A stretch of 64,000 nt of DNA from Thalassobaculaceae bacterium (GTDB lineage: Bacteria > Pseudomonadota > Alphaproteobacteria > Thalassobaculales > Thalassobaculaceae): NCBI GenBank assembly GCA_965228875.1, contig OZ245843.1:2524616-2588615 (forward strand), in the 5' to 3' direction. The position numbers and the translations under genes are program-made. The notes below the pieces were generated by a model. The model was not told the DNA's origin. It saw only the letters and a list, made by a program, of their open reading frames with translations, and searched no databases. Positions 8,419-17,654 of this stretch are shown here, piece by piece (positions within the stretch are counted from its first letter, which is position 1; every line of letters begins with the position of its first letter).

Positions 8419-10119
8419 ATGGGGAACTGGTCAGTCGCGATCGTCGACAGCGGCGTCACGGACGAAACGGAAGCCGTCTACGGTGTCAGCCTCTTCGACT
8501 ATGACTACTTCGCCGGTGAGACCAACACCGATGGCGGTCGGTTGACCTCGCACGGCTCGCGGGTCGCGACCTCGATCGAGATGACCAACAGCAGTCTGGA
8601 GCGGCTCGACCTCCAGATTTCCTCGGACGATGGATCCTCGCTCTCGACCTACGCGATCTACAACGCCCTGCATGACGTCGGCAATCTGGACAACGAAGGC
8701 TGGTCCATCGGCGCGGTCAACATGAGCTTTGGCAGTTCCTCCTACTACTGGACGAGCAGCTATCAGAGCCAGATCTCCCTGCTCTACAACCAGGGCGTCT
8801 ACAGCGTCGCCTCGTCGGGCAACAGCGGGTCGACCACCTATACCGAGTACCCGGCATATCCGGCGCGGCTTTCCTACGTCATCTCCGTCGGCAGCCACGA
8901 TGGCGAGGGCAACCCGAGCTGGTTCTCGCAAAACTACAGCGGCGGCGTTCACATCCTGGCCGATGGCGAGAACTACCCCGGCCCCGACGACTACGGCACC
9001 AGCTTCGCCGCGCCGCAGGTGAGTGCCACCGTCGCCACCGTTCAGGCGCTGGCGGAGGCGAGCACCGGCACGCGGTTGAGCTTCGACGAAGTGATCGAAG
9101 TCCTGCAGCAGGGCGGCAACGGCCCGACCTCCGCCGCCGACCCGGCGAACGGTACGACCACCTATTTCCTGCACGATCACGACGGGTCGGTGAACTACGT
9201 TCTCGACACCTACGTCGACCCGGTGTTCTCCGGCCTCGAGTACATCGCCACGTACTCCGATATCGAAGCCGCGTTCGGACGCGACGCCGATGCCGCGCGC
9301 GACCACTTCGTCGATGCCGGCGTGTGGGAGGGCCGGGTTGTCGCGTTCGACGGCCTGGAGTACATCGCCAGCTACGACGACCTGCGGGCCGCATTCGGTA
9401 CCGACCGGGAGGCCGGCACCGGACACTATCTGGACTCCGGCCGGTACGAAGGTCGGACCGTCACTTTCGACGCCGAAGCATACCTGAACGCCAACCCGGA
9501 CCTGGACGCCGCGTTCCACGGCGACCACGACCTCGCCACGCTCCACTACATCACAGCGGGGACGGTTGAAGGTCGGGCAACCGAGGGGGACGCGACGACG
9601 GTTACGGTCGGTCGGTCCGCAGTGTCGGAAGGCGCCACCGACCTGCCGCGCTCGACCGCGACGGAGGGCTTCGTCGGCATCGGCCAATCGGTGACGGGAT
9701 CGATCGGCTACTACGGCGATCGCGACTGGTTCGAGACCGAGCTCACCGCCGGCCAGACGGTGGTGATCGAGGCCCGCGGCGCGTCCAGCGGCGGCGGCAG
9801 CCTCTACGATCCCGAGCTCTACGTTCGCGACGCCATGGGCGGCTTCGTGACCTACAACTGGGACAGCGGTCTCGGCTGGGACGCCTATCTCGCCTTCACC
9901 CCGTCCGCCAGCGGAACGTATTTCCTGGAGGTCGACGGCTATTCCTACCACACCGGCACCTACACGCTGGAGGTCTCTGGCGCCTCGAACGCGTCGCTGA
10001 CGGAACTCGCCGCGGGGTTCGACGCGGTCGATCGGTTCGCCGGTTCCTTCGAGGATGTGGAGATCGGCCTGATGGCGGACAGCCCGTCGTCGTCCGGCGA
10101 TCCGTTCGGCCTGATCTGA
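8419..10119 (+). CDS. S8 (subtilisin-like) serine peptidase with internal repeats and a C-terminal PPC domain
   Basis: Catalytic motifs VAIVDSG, SHGS, ASSGN, GTSFAAP; three F(D/S)GLEYIA/FDAEAYL..HY..G..EGR repeats; GDRDWF..DPELY..GTYTL PPC domain. Confidence 0.85.
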   Translation: MGNWSVAIVDSGVTDETEAVYGVSLFDYDYFAGETNTDGGRLTSHGSRVATSIEMTNSSLERLDLQISSDDGSSLSTYAIYNALHDVGNLDNEGWSIGAVNMSFGSSSYYWTSSYQSQISLLYNQGVYSVASSGNSGSTTYTEYPAYPARLSYVISVGSHDGEGNPSWFSQNYSGGVHILADGENYPGPDDYGTSFAAPQVSATVATVQALAEASTGTRLSFDEVIEVLQQGGNGPTSAADPANGTTTYFLHDHDGSVNYVLDTYVDPVFSGLEYIATYSDIEAAFGRDADAARDHFVDAGVWEGRVVAFDGLEYIASYDDLRAAFGTDREAGTGHYLDSGRYEGRTVTFDAEAYLNANPDLDAAFHGDHDLATLHYITAGTVEGRATEGDATTVTVGRSAVSEGATDLPRSTATEGFVGIGQSVTGSIGYYGDRDWFETELTAGQTVVIEARGASSGGGSLYDPELYVRDAMGGFVTYNWDSGLGWDAYLAFTPSASGTYFLEVDGYSYHTGTYTLEVSGASNASLTELAAGFDAVDRFAGSFEDVEIGLMADSPSSSGDPFGLI

Positions 10120-10128
10120 GGCCCGCCG

Positions 10129-11838
10129 TCAGGCGGCGACGGCGCGCACCCGCTCCGCGCCGAACACCACGGTCACCACGGTGCCTTGGTGCAGTTCGCT
10201 CTCGAGTTCGACCTCGGCATCGTGCAGCTCGGCGAGCATCTTCACCAGATACAGGCCGAGGCCGGTCCCCTCGGCCTGAGCCAGGGCCGGATTGCGCGAG
10301 CGGGTGAACGGCTCCCAGATCGTTTCGCGATCCTCCGGCGAGATGCCCTCGCCAGTGTCCGCGACCGCCAGCGCGAGACCGCCATCGGGCGTCGGGCGCA
10401 TACGGATCACGGTGCGTCCGCCACGCGGCGTGAACTTCAGGGCATTCGAGACCAGGTTGGTGAGAATCTGCCGGATCGCCTTGGCATCGGCGTACAGCGC
10501 CGACACCTCTTCCGGCAGCTCGACCGACAGGGTCACGCCCTTGCGGTCGGCCTCCACGCCGAGCACCGTGCGGATGGAGGCGACCTCGCGGGCCACGTCC
10601 ACCCAGCTCTCGTTGATCTCGAAACCGCCGCTCTCGATCTTGGAGAGATCCAGCAGGTCGTTGACCAGGGCGAGCAGGTGCTGACTGCTCTCGTGGATGA
10701 TCTCCGCGTATTCCTGTTCCCGGGTCTTCTCCTGGCCCGGACGGTGCTGCAGTTTCAGGATCTGGGAGAACCCGATGATCGCCGTCAGCGGCGTGCGGAC
10801 CTCGTGACTGATCCGGGCGAGAAAGGCGCTCTTCGCCCTCGTCGCATGCTCGGCGCGCTGCAGGGCCGACCGCACCTGCTGGTCGCGGGTCACCAGATCG
10901 GCATTCGCGTCGGCCAGGTCGCGCGCCCTCGACACCACGGCATGCTGCGCCTGCAGGGCGCGGCTGATGACCACAGCACCGGCCGCGAGCGCCAGGATCA
11001 GAAGGACCACCGCCGGCACCGCCAGATCCCGCAGGACCTCGAGCCCGGCGAGGCGGATGTCCCAGTCGAGCGCGGCGACGACGGACCCGTCGGAGCGGTA
11101 CAGGGTCACCGCATGTTCCGACGCCGCGTCGAGGTCGAACAGCACCCGCATGTTCCGCAAGCCGAACCGCTGGCCGGTTCTGGCGAGCCACTGGTCGTCG
11201 ACCAGTCGAAGAACGATCAGCAGGGGGCGGGGCCGGCCGCGACGTTCGGCTTCGTCGAGGGCCTCCGGTGTGATCGCCGCGACGCCCGCCACCGCGAGTC
11301 CGGCCTCGGTGCGCACCAGACAGGGGACTCCCTGTGCCTCCTCAAGCGAGGCCGCGCGCGCGCGGGAGATGGGGAATTCGAGATCCGCCACGATCTTGCC
11401 GGCGTCCGACGGCTCGATGGTCGGCGAACCGTCCTGGCGCCAGAGATAGACGATGCTGCCGTCAGCATCAGTGACGATCGTGGCCGCCGTGCCGAAAGTC
11501 TTGGAAATGTAGGCGCCGATGTTCTCATCCGCCCAGGCGTGATCGGGCCGGTCGATCAGATTGACGATGACATCGTCCCAGTACGCATAGTCCTTGGCCA
11601 GGATCGCCATATCATGGGTCAGATCCTCGATCGCCGTGATCGCCAGGCGGCTGGACGACTTGGCGACCGTCCGGTCGATCTCGACCACGGCAAGCCAGAC
11701 CGCGCCGCCGGCCAGTGCGACGGCGAACACCACCAGGGCGGCGACAGGCGCGAACAGCCGCAGGGCGGACGGCATCTCCGCCCGCGCGCGCTTCGATCGG
11801 GCGCTGTCACTGCTCGTCACGACCGGCTCATCCACCAT
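10129..11838 (-). CDS. Sensor histidine kinase with CHASE4-like periplasmic domain
   Basis: DYAYWDD (CHASE4), H-box SHEVRTPL, N-box NLVSNALKFT, G-boxes DTGEGI and GTGLGL. Confidence 0.92.
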   Translation of the reverse strand: MVDEPVVTSSDSARSKRARAEMPSALRLFAPVAALVVFAVALAGGAVWLAVVEIDRTVAKSSSRLAITAIEDLTHDMAILAKDYAYWDDVIVNLIDRPDHAWADENIGAYISKTFGTAATIVTDADGSIVYLWRQDGSPTIEPSDAGKIVADLEFPISRARAASLEEAQGVPCLVRTEAGLAVAGVAAITPEALDEAERRGRPRPLLIVLRLVDDQWLARTGQRFGLRNMRVLFDLDAASEHAVTLYRSDGSVVAALDWDIRLAGLEVLRDLAVPAVVLLILALAAGAVVISRALQAQHAVVSRARDLADANADLVTRDQQVRSALQRAEHATRAKSAFLARISHEVRTPLTAIIGFSQILKLQHRPGQEKTREQEYAEIIHESSQHLLALVNDLLDLSKIESGGFEINESWVDVAREVASIRTVLGVEADRKGVTLSVELPEEVSALYADAKAIRQILTNLVSNALKFTPRGGRTVIRMRPTPDGGLALAVADTGEGISPEDRETIWEPFTRSRNPALAQAEGTGLGLYLVKMLAELHDAEVELESELHQGTVVTVVFGAERVRAVAA

Positions 11839-11972
11839 TCACCCATGCTGCGACGCTAACACCGGGGCACAGGCCGGCAAAGCTCCGTGCGCTGTGTGAG
11901 AAAAGCTACATAATCCGCTCGGCAAGCGGATCCAGGCGACGACCGGCACGGACCGCGTTGCCCGCGCCGCGA

Positions 11973-13070
11973 TCAGGCAAGCCGGTATTCCGACACGAAG
12001 TCGGGCCGGAAAGCGAGCCCGTGCCCCGGCCGCTCGGGGGGATGATAGACCCCGTCCCGGGGCAGAATCGGATCGATCCAGGCATCCTCCATCCAGTCCA
12101 CGTACTCGATCCAATGGGGGTTCGGCGCCGCCGCCAGGAGCTGAACCATAAGCTCCGGAAACAGGTGCGGGGCGACGCGCATGCCCCAGGCCTCGGCCAT
12201 GGCGGCAATGCGGCGCAGCTCGGTGAATCCGCCGCGCATCACGTCGGGCTGCAGAATCGGGATCTTCGGATGCCGGAAGAACGGGCGAAGGTCGAAACGG
12301 GTGAAGTGGGTCTCGCCGCCGACCACGCGAAGGTCCAGCGCATCGGCGATGCGGAAGTAGCCCTCGGTGTCCTCGCAGTCGACCGGTTCCTCGAGCCAGT
12401 AAACCCCGTAATCCTGGAACCGCCGGCCGACGGCGATCGCCTGATCCGCGGTCCAGCCCATGTTGACGTCGATGCAGATCTCCACGCCGTCGCCGAGCGC
12501 CGAACGCATGGCCGCGACATGGGCGATGTCGGTCCGGTCGTCGTAGAGGTGCCCAGCCTGCATCTTGATCGCCTTGAAACCGCGCGCGACGTACTGCTTG
12601 GCCTTGTCGACCATGCCGTCGCCGCCCAGGCCCCGCCAGCACCCCGACCCATAGGCCGGGATCGGCCGCGCCGCCCCACCCCACAGACGGAACAGCGGCA
12701 GGCCGGCCAGCCGGGCGGAGGCGTCCCAGAGGGCGATATCCAGCACCGACTGGGCCAGTACCGTGACACCCATGCGCCCGATCCAGTAATTGGCGCGCCA
12801 CAGTTCCTCCCACAGCGCCTCGACCTCGGTCACGTCGCGGCCGAGGGCGTGCGGGCGGATCAGTTCCTCGATGCAGGTCGCGATGGTCTCCAGCCCGCCG
12901 TTCAGGATCTGCAGGTAGCCCATCCCGACGATCCCGCCGGCGGTCTCCACCTCAACGACGATCACCTCGCGAGGCCGGTCGTAGCTCGGCGACCAGCGTG
13001 GCGGATCGATCCAGGGTGCCCGCAGCTTGATTACCCGGATATCGGCAATCCGGCGGTCGTTGCCGCTCAT
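11973..13070 (-). CDS. Mandelate racemase/muconate lactonizing enzyme family protein
   Basis: DIALWD, KxK-like FKAIKM, DVN, WLEEP, GGE, QPDV, APH motifs. Confidence 0.92.
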   Translation of the reverse strand: MSGNDRRIADIRVIKLRAPWIDPPRWSPSYDRPREVIVVEVETAGGIVGMGYLQILNGGLETIATCIEELIRPHALGRDVTEVEALWEELWRANYWIGRMGVTVLAQSVLDIALWDASARLAGLPLFRLWGGAARPIPAYGSGCWRGLGGDGMVDKAKQYVARGFKAIKMQAGHLYDDRTDIAHVAAMRSALGDGVEICIDVNMGWTADQAIAVGRRFQDYGVYWLEEPVDCEDTEGYFRIADALDLRVVGGETHFTRFDLRPFFRHPKIPILQPDVMRGGFTELRRIAAMAEAWGMRVAPHLFPELMVQLLAAAPNPHWIEYVDWMEDAWIDPILPRDGVYHPPERPGHGLAFRPDFVSEYRLA

Positions 13071-13219
13071 CCTCGTTCCTCCCATGACGTCTTTGACGAC
13101 CAGGATAGAGGGCGGTCGGCGCGGGTCTACCCCCGCACTGACCACGCTGGTACCGTCGCGCGGCGGACCGCGCGCGAAGACCGGTCCGGCGAAGGGATGG
13201 GGACGAAGGAGGACATCGC

Positions 13220-14773
13220 ATGAACCAGGCAACCGTGCTGGCCCAGGTGGCGCGGAGCTTCGCCGGACGCCCGGCACTGTCGCTGGGGACGGAGACGTTG
13301 TGCGACTACGCCGGTCTTGCCGACCGGGTCGCGCGCCTCGCCGGCGGTCTGCGCGACCTCGGCCTGGCGCCGGGCGACCGGGTGGCACTGATCATGAAGA
13401 ACTGCCCCGAGTTCTGGGAGTCGCTCTACGCCGTGTGGCATGCCGGACTGGCGGCGGTTCCGGTCAACGCCAAGCTGCATCCCAAGGAGCACGCCTACAT
13501 TCTGGAGAATTCCGGCAGCCGGGCCTGCCTGGCCACCCCGGATCTGGCGGCCGCCCTCGCCGGGGTCGGCGACGCGGCGCCGGCGCTGGACCACCTGATC
13601 GCCACCGACGCCGCCGACTACGCGGCGCTCGCCTCCGGCCGGCCGGTCGCGGTCGCCGACACGGATCCGACGGACCTCGCCTGGCTGTTCTACACCTCCG
13701 GCACCACCGGCCGGCCGAAGGGCGCGATGCTGAGCCATCGCAACCTGATGTCGCAGACGATGAACTACCTCGCCGATGTCGACACCATCCTGCCGACCGA
13801 CAGCATCATCCACGCCGCGCCGATGAGCCACGGCTCCGGAATCTACGGCCTGCCCCATGTCGCCCGTGCGGCCAACACGGTGGTACCGGTGTCCGGCGGC
13901 TTCGACGTGGCGGAGACCCTGTCGCTGATCGAACGCTGGCCCGGCGTGACCTTCTTCTTCGCCCCGACGATGGTGACCCGGCTCATCAACACCCCGAACA
14001 TCGAGCGGGCCGATCTCGCCAACCTGAAGACCATCGTCTACGGCGGCGCACCCATGTACCTGGAGGACGTCAAGCGCGCCCTCGACCTGCTCGGGCCGAA
14101 GCTCGTCCAGATCTATGGTCAGGGCGAGGCGCCGATGACCATCACCGGGCTGCCCAAGCACATCTTCACCGACACCGCTCATCCCCGCTACGAAGAGCGG
14201 ATCGGGTCCACCGGGTTCCCGCGCACCGATGTCGAGGTCCGGGTCGTCGACGCGGCGGGCGCCGACCTGCCGGTCGGCGAGCCGGGCGAGGTGATCTGCC
14301 GCGGCGACGTGGTCATGAGCGGCTACTGGAACAACCCGGACGCAACGGCCGCGTCCCTGCGTGACGGCTGGCTTTGGACCGGCGACGTCGGAAGCTTCGA
14401 CGAGGACGGTTTCCTGACCCTCAAGGACCGCTCCAAGGACGTCATCATCTCCGGCGGCACCAACATCTACCCGCGGGAGGTCGAGGAGGTGCTCCTGCGT
14501 CACCCTGCCGTCCTCGAGTGCGCGGTGATCGGTCGGCCGCACGCCGACTGGGGCGAGGAGATCGTCGCCTTCGTGCGCCCGCGGCCGGGCGGATCGGTGA
14601 CGCCGGAGGAGCTCGATGCGCTCTGCCTCGACAACATCGCGCGCTTCAAGCGCCCGAAGGACTATGTGCTGGTGGACGATCTGCCGAAAAACAATTACGG
14701 CAAGATCCTGAAGACTGAACTCCGTCAAAGGGCGGCTCCCGCCGCCGACTCAACCGATCGGACCTCTGCATGA
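13220..14773 (+). CDS. AMP-binding enzyme (acyl-CoA synthetase family)
   Basis: YTSGTTGRPKG, IYGQGE, TGD, DRSKDVIISGG, GKILK. Confidence 0.95.
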   Translation: MNQATVLAQVARSFAGRPALSLGTETLCDYAGLADRVARLAGGLRDLGLAPGDRVALIMKNCPEFWESLYAVWHAGLAAVPVNAKLHPKEHAYILENSGSRACLATPDLAAALAGVGDAAPALDHLIATDAADYAALASGRPVAVADTDPTDLAWLFYTSGTTGRPKGAMLSHRNLMSQTMNYLADVDTILPTDSIIHAAPMSHGSGIYGLPHVARAANTVVPVSGGFDVAETLSLIERWPGVTFFFAPTMVTRLINTPNIERADLANLKTIVYGGAPMYLEDVKRALDLLGPKLVQIYGQGEAPMTITGLPKHIFTDTAHPRYEERIGSTGFPRTDVEVRVVDAAGADLPVGEPGEVICRGDVVMSGYWNNPDATAASLRDGWLWTGDVGSFDEDGFLTLKDRSKDVIISGGTNIYPREVEEVLLRHPAVLECAVIGRPHADWGEEIVAFVRPRPGGSVTPEELDALCLDNIARFKRPKDYVLVDDLPKNNYGKILKTELRQRAAPAADSTDRTSA

Positions 14774-15645
14774 CAAACGCGCCCTGGGGCTGCGACAGCG
14801 ATTATGGCGTGCTGCGCGACGTCGCCCTCCGTTCGCCCGAACACTTCGGCTGGTTCGGCGCCAACTCCGTTGCCCGCGAGACCCTGCGCAAGGGCATCAC
14901 CTTCGACTCCGGGCTCGCCGCCGAGCAGCATGCCGCCTTCGTGGCCGCGTTCGAGGACGCCGGCGTAACGGTTCACATGGTCGAGGCCGATCCGCACCTG
15001 CGCTACCACGTCTACACGCGCGACCCGGCGATCGTGACGCCCTGGGGCGTGCTGATCGGCCAGATGCAGCGCGAGCAGCGCCGCGGCGAGGTCGCGCCGA
15101 CCGTCCGCTTCCATCAGTCGACCGGTATTCCGATTTGGAACTGGGTGACCGCCGGATCGCTGGAAGGTGGCGATGTGCATCTGCTGCGACCCGGCGTCGC
15201 CGCGATCGGCGTCTCCGGCAACCGGACCACGCCGGAGGCTGCCGAACAGGCCAAGGCGTGGTTCGAGGCGGAGGGCTGGGAATGCCGACTCGTGCCGATC
15301 GCCGAGCACTTCCTCCACCTGGACCTGCTGATCTCGATGGTGAACGAGAATCTCGCGCTGGTTTGCACCGAGGTGGTCGAGCCGGAGATCGTTAACTGGT
15401 TAACAGAGCTGGGGATTACCGCGATTCCAACCTCCTACGCCGAGGCGATGCGCCTGGCCGGCAACTGCCTGTCGCTAGGGGATGACCGGGTCATCTCCTC
15501 GGCCGAGGCGGAGGGGGCGAACGCCCAATTGCGCAGCCATGGTATCCGTGTATACGATCCACCCCTGACGATGTTCACGCTTGCCGGCGGCGGGCCGCGC
15601 TGTCTTTCCCAGCCGCTCAGGAGGGACCCCGTCAAGACCGCGTGA
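14770..15645 (+). CDS. Amidinotransferase / dimethylarginine dimethylaminohydrolase (pentein) family protein
   Basis: YTRD, RRGE, LEGGD, HLD, GGGPRC motifs; ATGA overlap with the upstream gene. Confidence 0.9.
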   Translation: MTNAPWGCDSDYGVLRDVALRSPEHFGWFGANSVARETLRKGITFDSGLAAEQHAAFVAAFEDAGVTVHMVEADPHLRYHVYTRDPAIVTPWGVLIGQMQREQRRGEVAPTVRFHQSTGIPIWNWVTAGSLEGGDVHLLRPGVAAIGVSGNRTTPEAAEQAKAWFEAEGWECRLVPIAEHFLHLDLLISMVNENLALVCTEVVEPEIVNWLTELGITAIPTSYAEAMRLAGNCLSLGDDRVISSAEAEGANAQLRSHGIRVYDPPLTMFTLAGGGPRCLSQPLRRDPVKTA

Positions 15646-15740
15646 ATGCCGTACGACGGATACCGTCGTACCCGGGCCAGCCTACTGACCATGGTCATGT
15701 CGATGTGGATCAACCGTCTGGATAGGACAGTCGTCCGGAA

Positions 15741-16778
15741 ATGACATCGAAGAACCGCAGGATCGACCGCTCGTCCTTCTCCGAACTGGTGAAGAAGCAC
15801 GAGAGATATCTCGAGAACCCGAAGACGGGCGAGCGGATCAATCTTGTCGATGCGACGATGACCGGCATTCAGGCCACGGATATCGACATCCACAACTCCG
15901 CCTTCACCGGAGCGATCTTCATCAACTGCTCGTTCTGGCGGGTGAACTTCCAGGAATCCAATTTCGAGCTCTGCGACATGAGCGTGTGCACGTTCGAGGG
16001 ATCGAACATGCGGAACGCCGGCATGCGCGGCGTGCGGATGAAGGGTTCGAACATGAAGAAGGTCGACCTGAGCGGCGCCGACATCGGCCCGGCGACGTCG
16101 GCGATGGCCGGTCAGCAGGAGAGCGCCGACCTGAGCGACGTCGACCTCGAACGGGCTCAGTTGCGCAAGGCCTTCCTCGCCGGCGCCAACATGCGGCGCG
16201 CCAACCTGTTCGAATGCAATCTAGAAGGGGCGATCCTCAAGGACGCGTCCCTGGAGGACGCCAACCTGTCCGGAGCCAACCTGAGCGGAGCCGATCTCAG
16301 CGGGGCCAAGCTGAAGGGCGCGCACCTGCGCAACGCCAAGCTGACCGGCGCCAACCTGACCGGCGCCGACCTGGAAGGGGCGAAGGGGTTCTTCGGCCTG
16401 TCCACCTTCGACAAGGGGACCCAACGCAAGCTGACGTCCCATATCGACTGGGTCATGAGCGAGGGGCGCAAGGGCCAACGGGCGATCCTCAAGGGCGCCA
16501 AGTTCTTCAAGAAGGATCTGTCCTACATCGAACTCACCTGTGCCGACCTGTCCGGCGCGGACCTGCGGCACTGCAACCTGACCGGCGCCTATCTGGCCGG
16601 GGCGGATCTTCACGGCGCCGATCTGACCGGCGCCGTCATGACCGAGGCCGACCTGCGCGGGGCCGACCTGACCGGAGCGGTCATGGAGGATGTCGACCTG
16701 AGCGACGCCCAGACCAAGGAACTGATCGTCAAGTCGCGCAACGGCACGACCAAGCTGAAAACCCGGATCGATGCCTGA
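15741..16778 (+). CDS. Pentapeptide repeat protein
   Basis: Long A(D/N)LxG runs in two blocks, each preceded by an H..(Y/W)....G.R..L cap. Confidence 0.93.
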   Translation: MTSKNRRIDRSSFSELVKKHERYLENPKTGERINLVDATMTGIQATDIDIHNSAFTGAIFINCSFWRVNFQESNFELCDMSVCTFEGSNMRNAGMRGVRMKGSNMKKVDLSGADIGPATSAMAGQQESADLSDVDLERAQLRKAFLAGANMRRANLFECNLEGAILKDASLEDANLSGANLSGADLSGAKLKGAHLRNAKLTGANLTGADLEGAKGFFGLSTFDKGTQRKLTSHIDWVMSEGRKGQRAILKGAKFFKKDLSYIELTCADLSGADLRHCNLTGAYLAGADLHGADLTGAVMTEADLRGADLTGAVMEDVDLSDAQTKELIVKSRNGTTKLKTRIDA

Positions 16779-16936
16779 CCGGGCGACCCTCGTCCCAACA
16801 CCGCACCGTAACCGACGAGTATCCGACAGAACCCGTTTCTGATCGGTCGAATTCGCTTAACAGAGCCGCAATTGCTCGATAATGCGTCAGGAGTCGACTA
16901 TAGAGTCGCGGAACGGGTCAACTTCGAGGCGACCGG

Positions 16937-17272
16937 ATGAGTGAATTTGGCATTTTCGAGAAGCGGCAGATCAAGGCTCGACAGGTGATCACCCGCCGGG
17001 GCGATCCGGGCAAGCGGGTCTACCTCCTGCTCGAAGGTTCCGTCCAGGCATCGGGTGGCCAGGCCGGCGGCGAGGTGCTCGAGGCCGGAGCCATGTTCGG
17101 CCGCCTCGACCTGCTCACGGGGGAAGACGGCGGCGCCTACACCGCGACGACGACGGCACTGACCGACGCGACCCTGATGTTCGCCGACGCGACGCAGCTC
17201 GCCGGCGAGATCGGCCAGGCCAGTCCGACCGTCAAGGCCCTGCTGCGGGCGACCGTGAAGGCATTGGCATGA
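16937..17272 (+). CDS. Stand-alone cyclic-nucleotide-binding-like domain protein
   Basis: VITRRGDPGKRVYLLLEGSV...GAMFG cNMP beta-roll pattern. Confidence 0.8.
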   Translation: MSEFGIFEKRQIKARQVITRRGDPGKRVYLLLEGSVQASGGQAGGEVLEAGAMFGRLDLLTGEDGGAYTATTTALTDATLMFADATQLAGEIGQASPTVKALLRATVKALA

Positions 17273-17604
17273 GCGACGGCGGCGCGGATCGGAACCACGA
17301 GCCGACCGTCGAGCGCCGCCACAGCAACCGCGTGCCGGTCGACGGGTACGAGTTCCGGACCGACGACGGGACATACACCGTCATGGATCTGTCGATCGGC
17401 GGCATGCGTCTCGCCTTCGCGGAGGATGTGCCGCCGGTGGTCGTCGGCGCCGAGCTGCGGGGCACGCTGGCCGGCGGGATCGCCTCCCCGCTGGATCTCA
17501 CCGTCCGCACGATCTGGGTCGACGGCAAGGCGCGCTGCGCCGGCTGCACGTTCCCGGTGCTCGGCCGCAACATCGCCGCCGACCTGCTCGAGATCCTCAT
17601 TTGA
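17269..17604 (+). CDS. PilZ domain protein
   Basis: RxxxR (RRHSNR) and DxSxxG (DLSIGG); ATGA overlap with the upstream gene. Confidence 0.85.
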   Translation: MSDGGADRNHEPTVERRHSNRVPVDGYEFRTDDGTYTVMDLSIGGMRLAFAEDVPPVVVGAELRGTLAGGIASPLDLTVRTIWVDGKARCAGCTFPVLGRNIAADLLEILI

Positions 17605-17654
17605 GGCGCGATCGGTCCAGGTCGAAACGATCTGATCCCTGAAACGCCTTCAAT

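Noticed and set aside
15391..15404. GTTAAC-TG-GTTAAC as a CtrA site
   Set aside because: Wrong spacing and inside a coding sequence
15741..16778. Qnr/MfpA-type quinolone resistance gene
   Set aside because: Two-block architecture with cap motifs fits generic pentapeptide repeat proteins; no specific Qnr evidence
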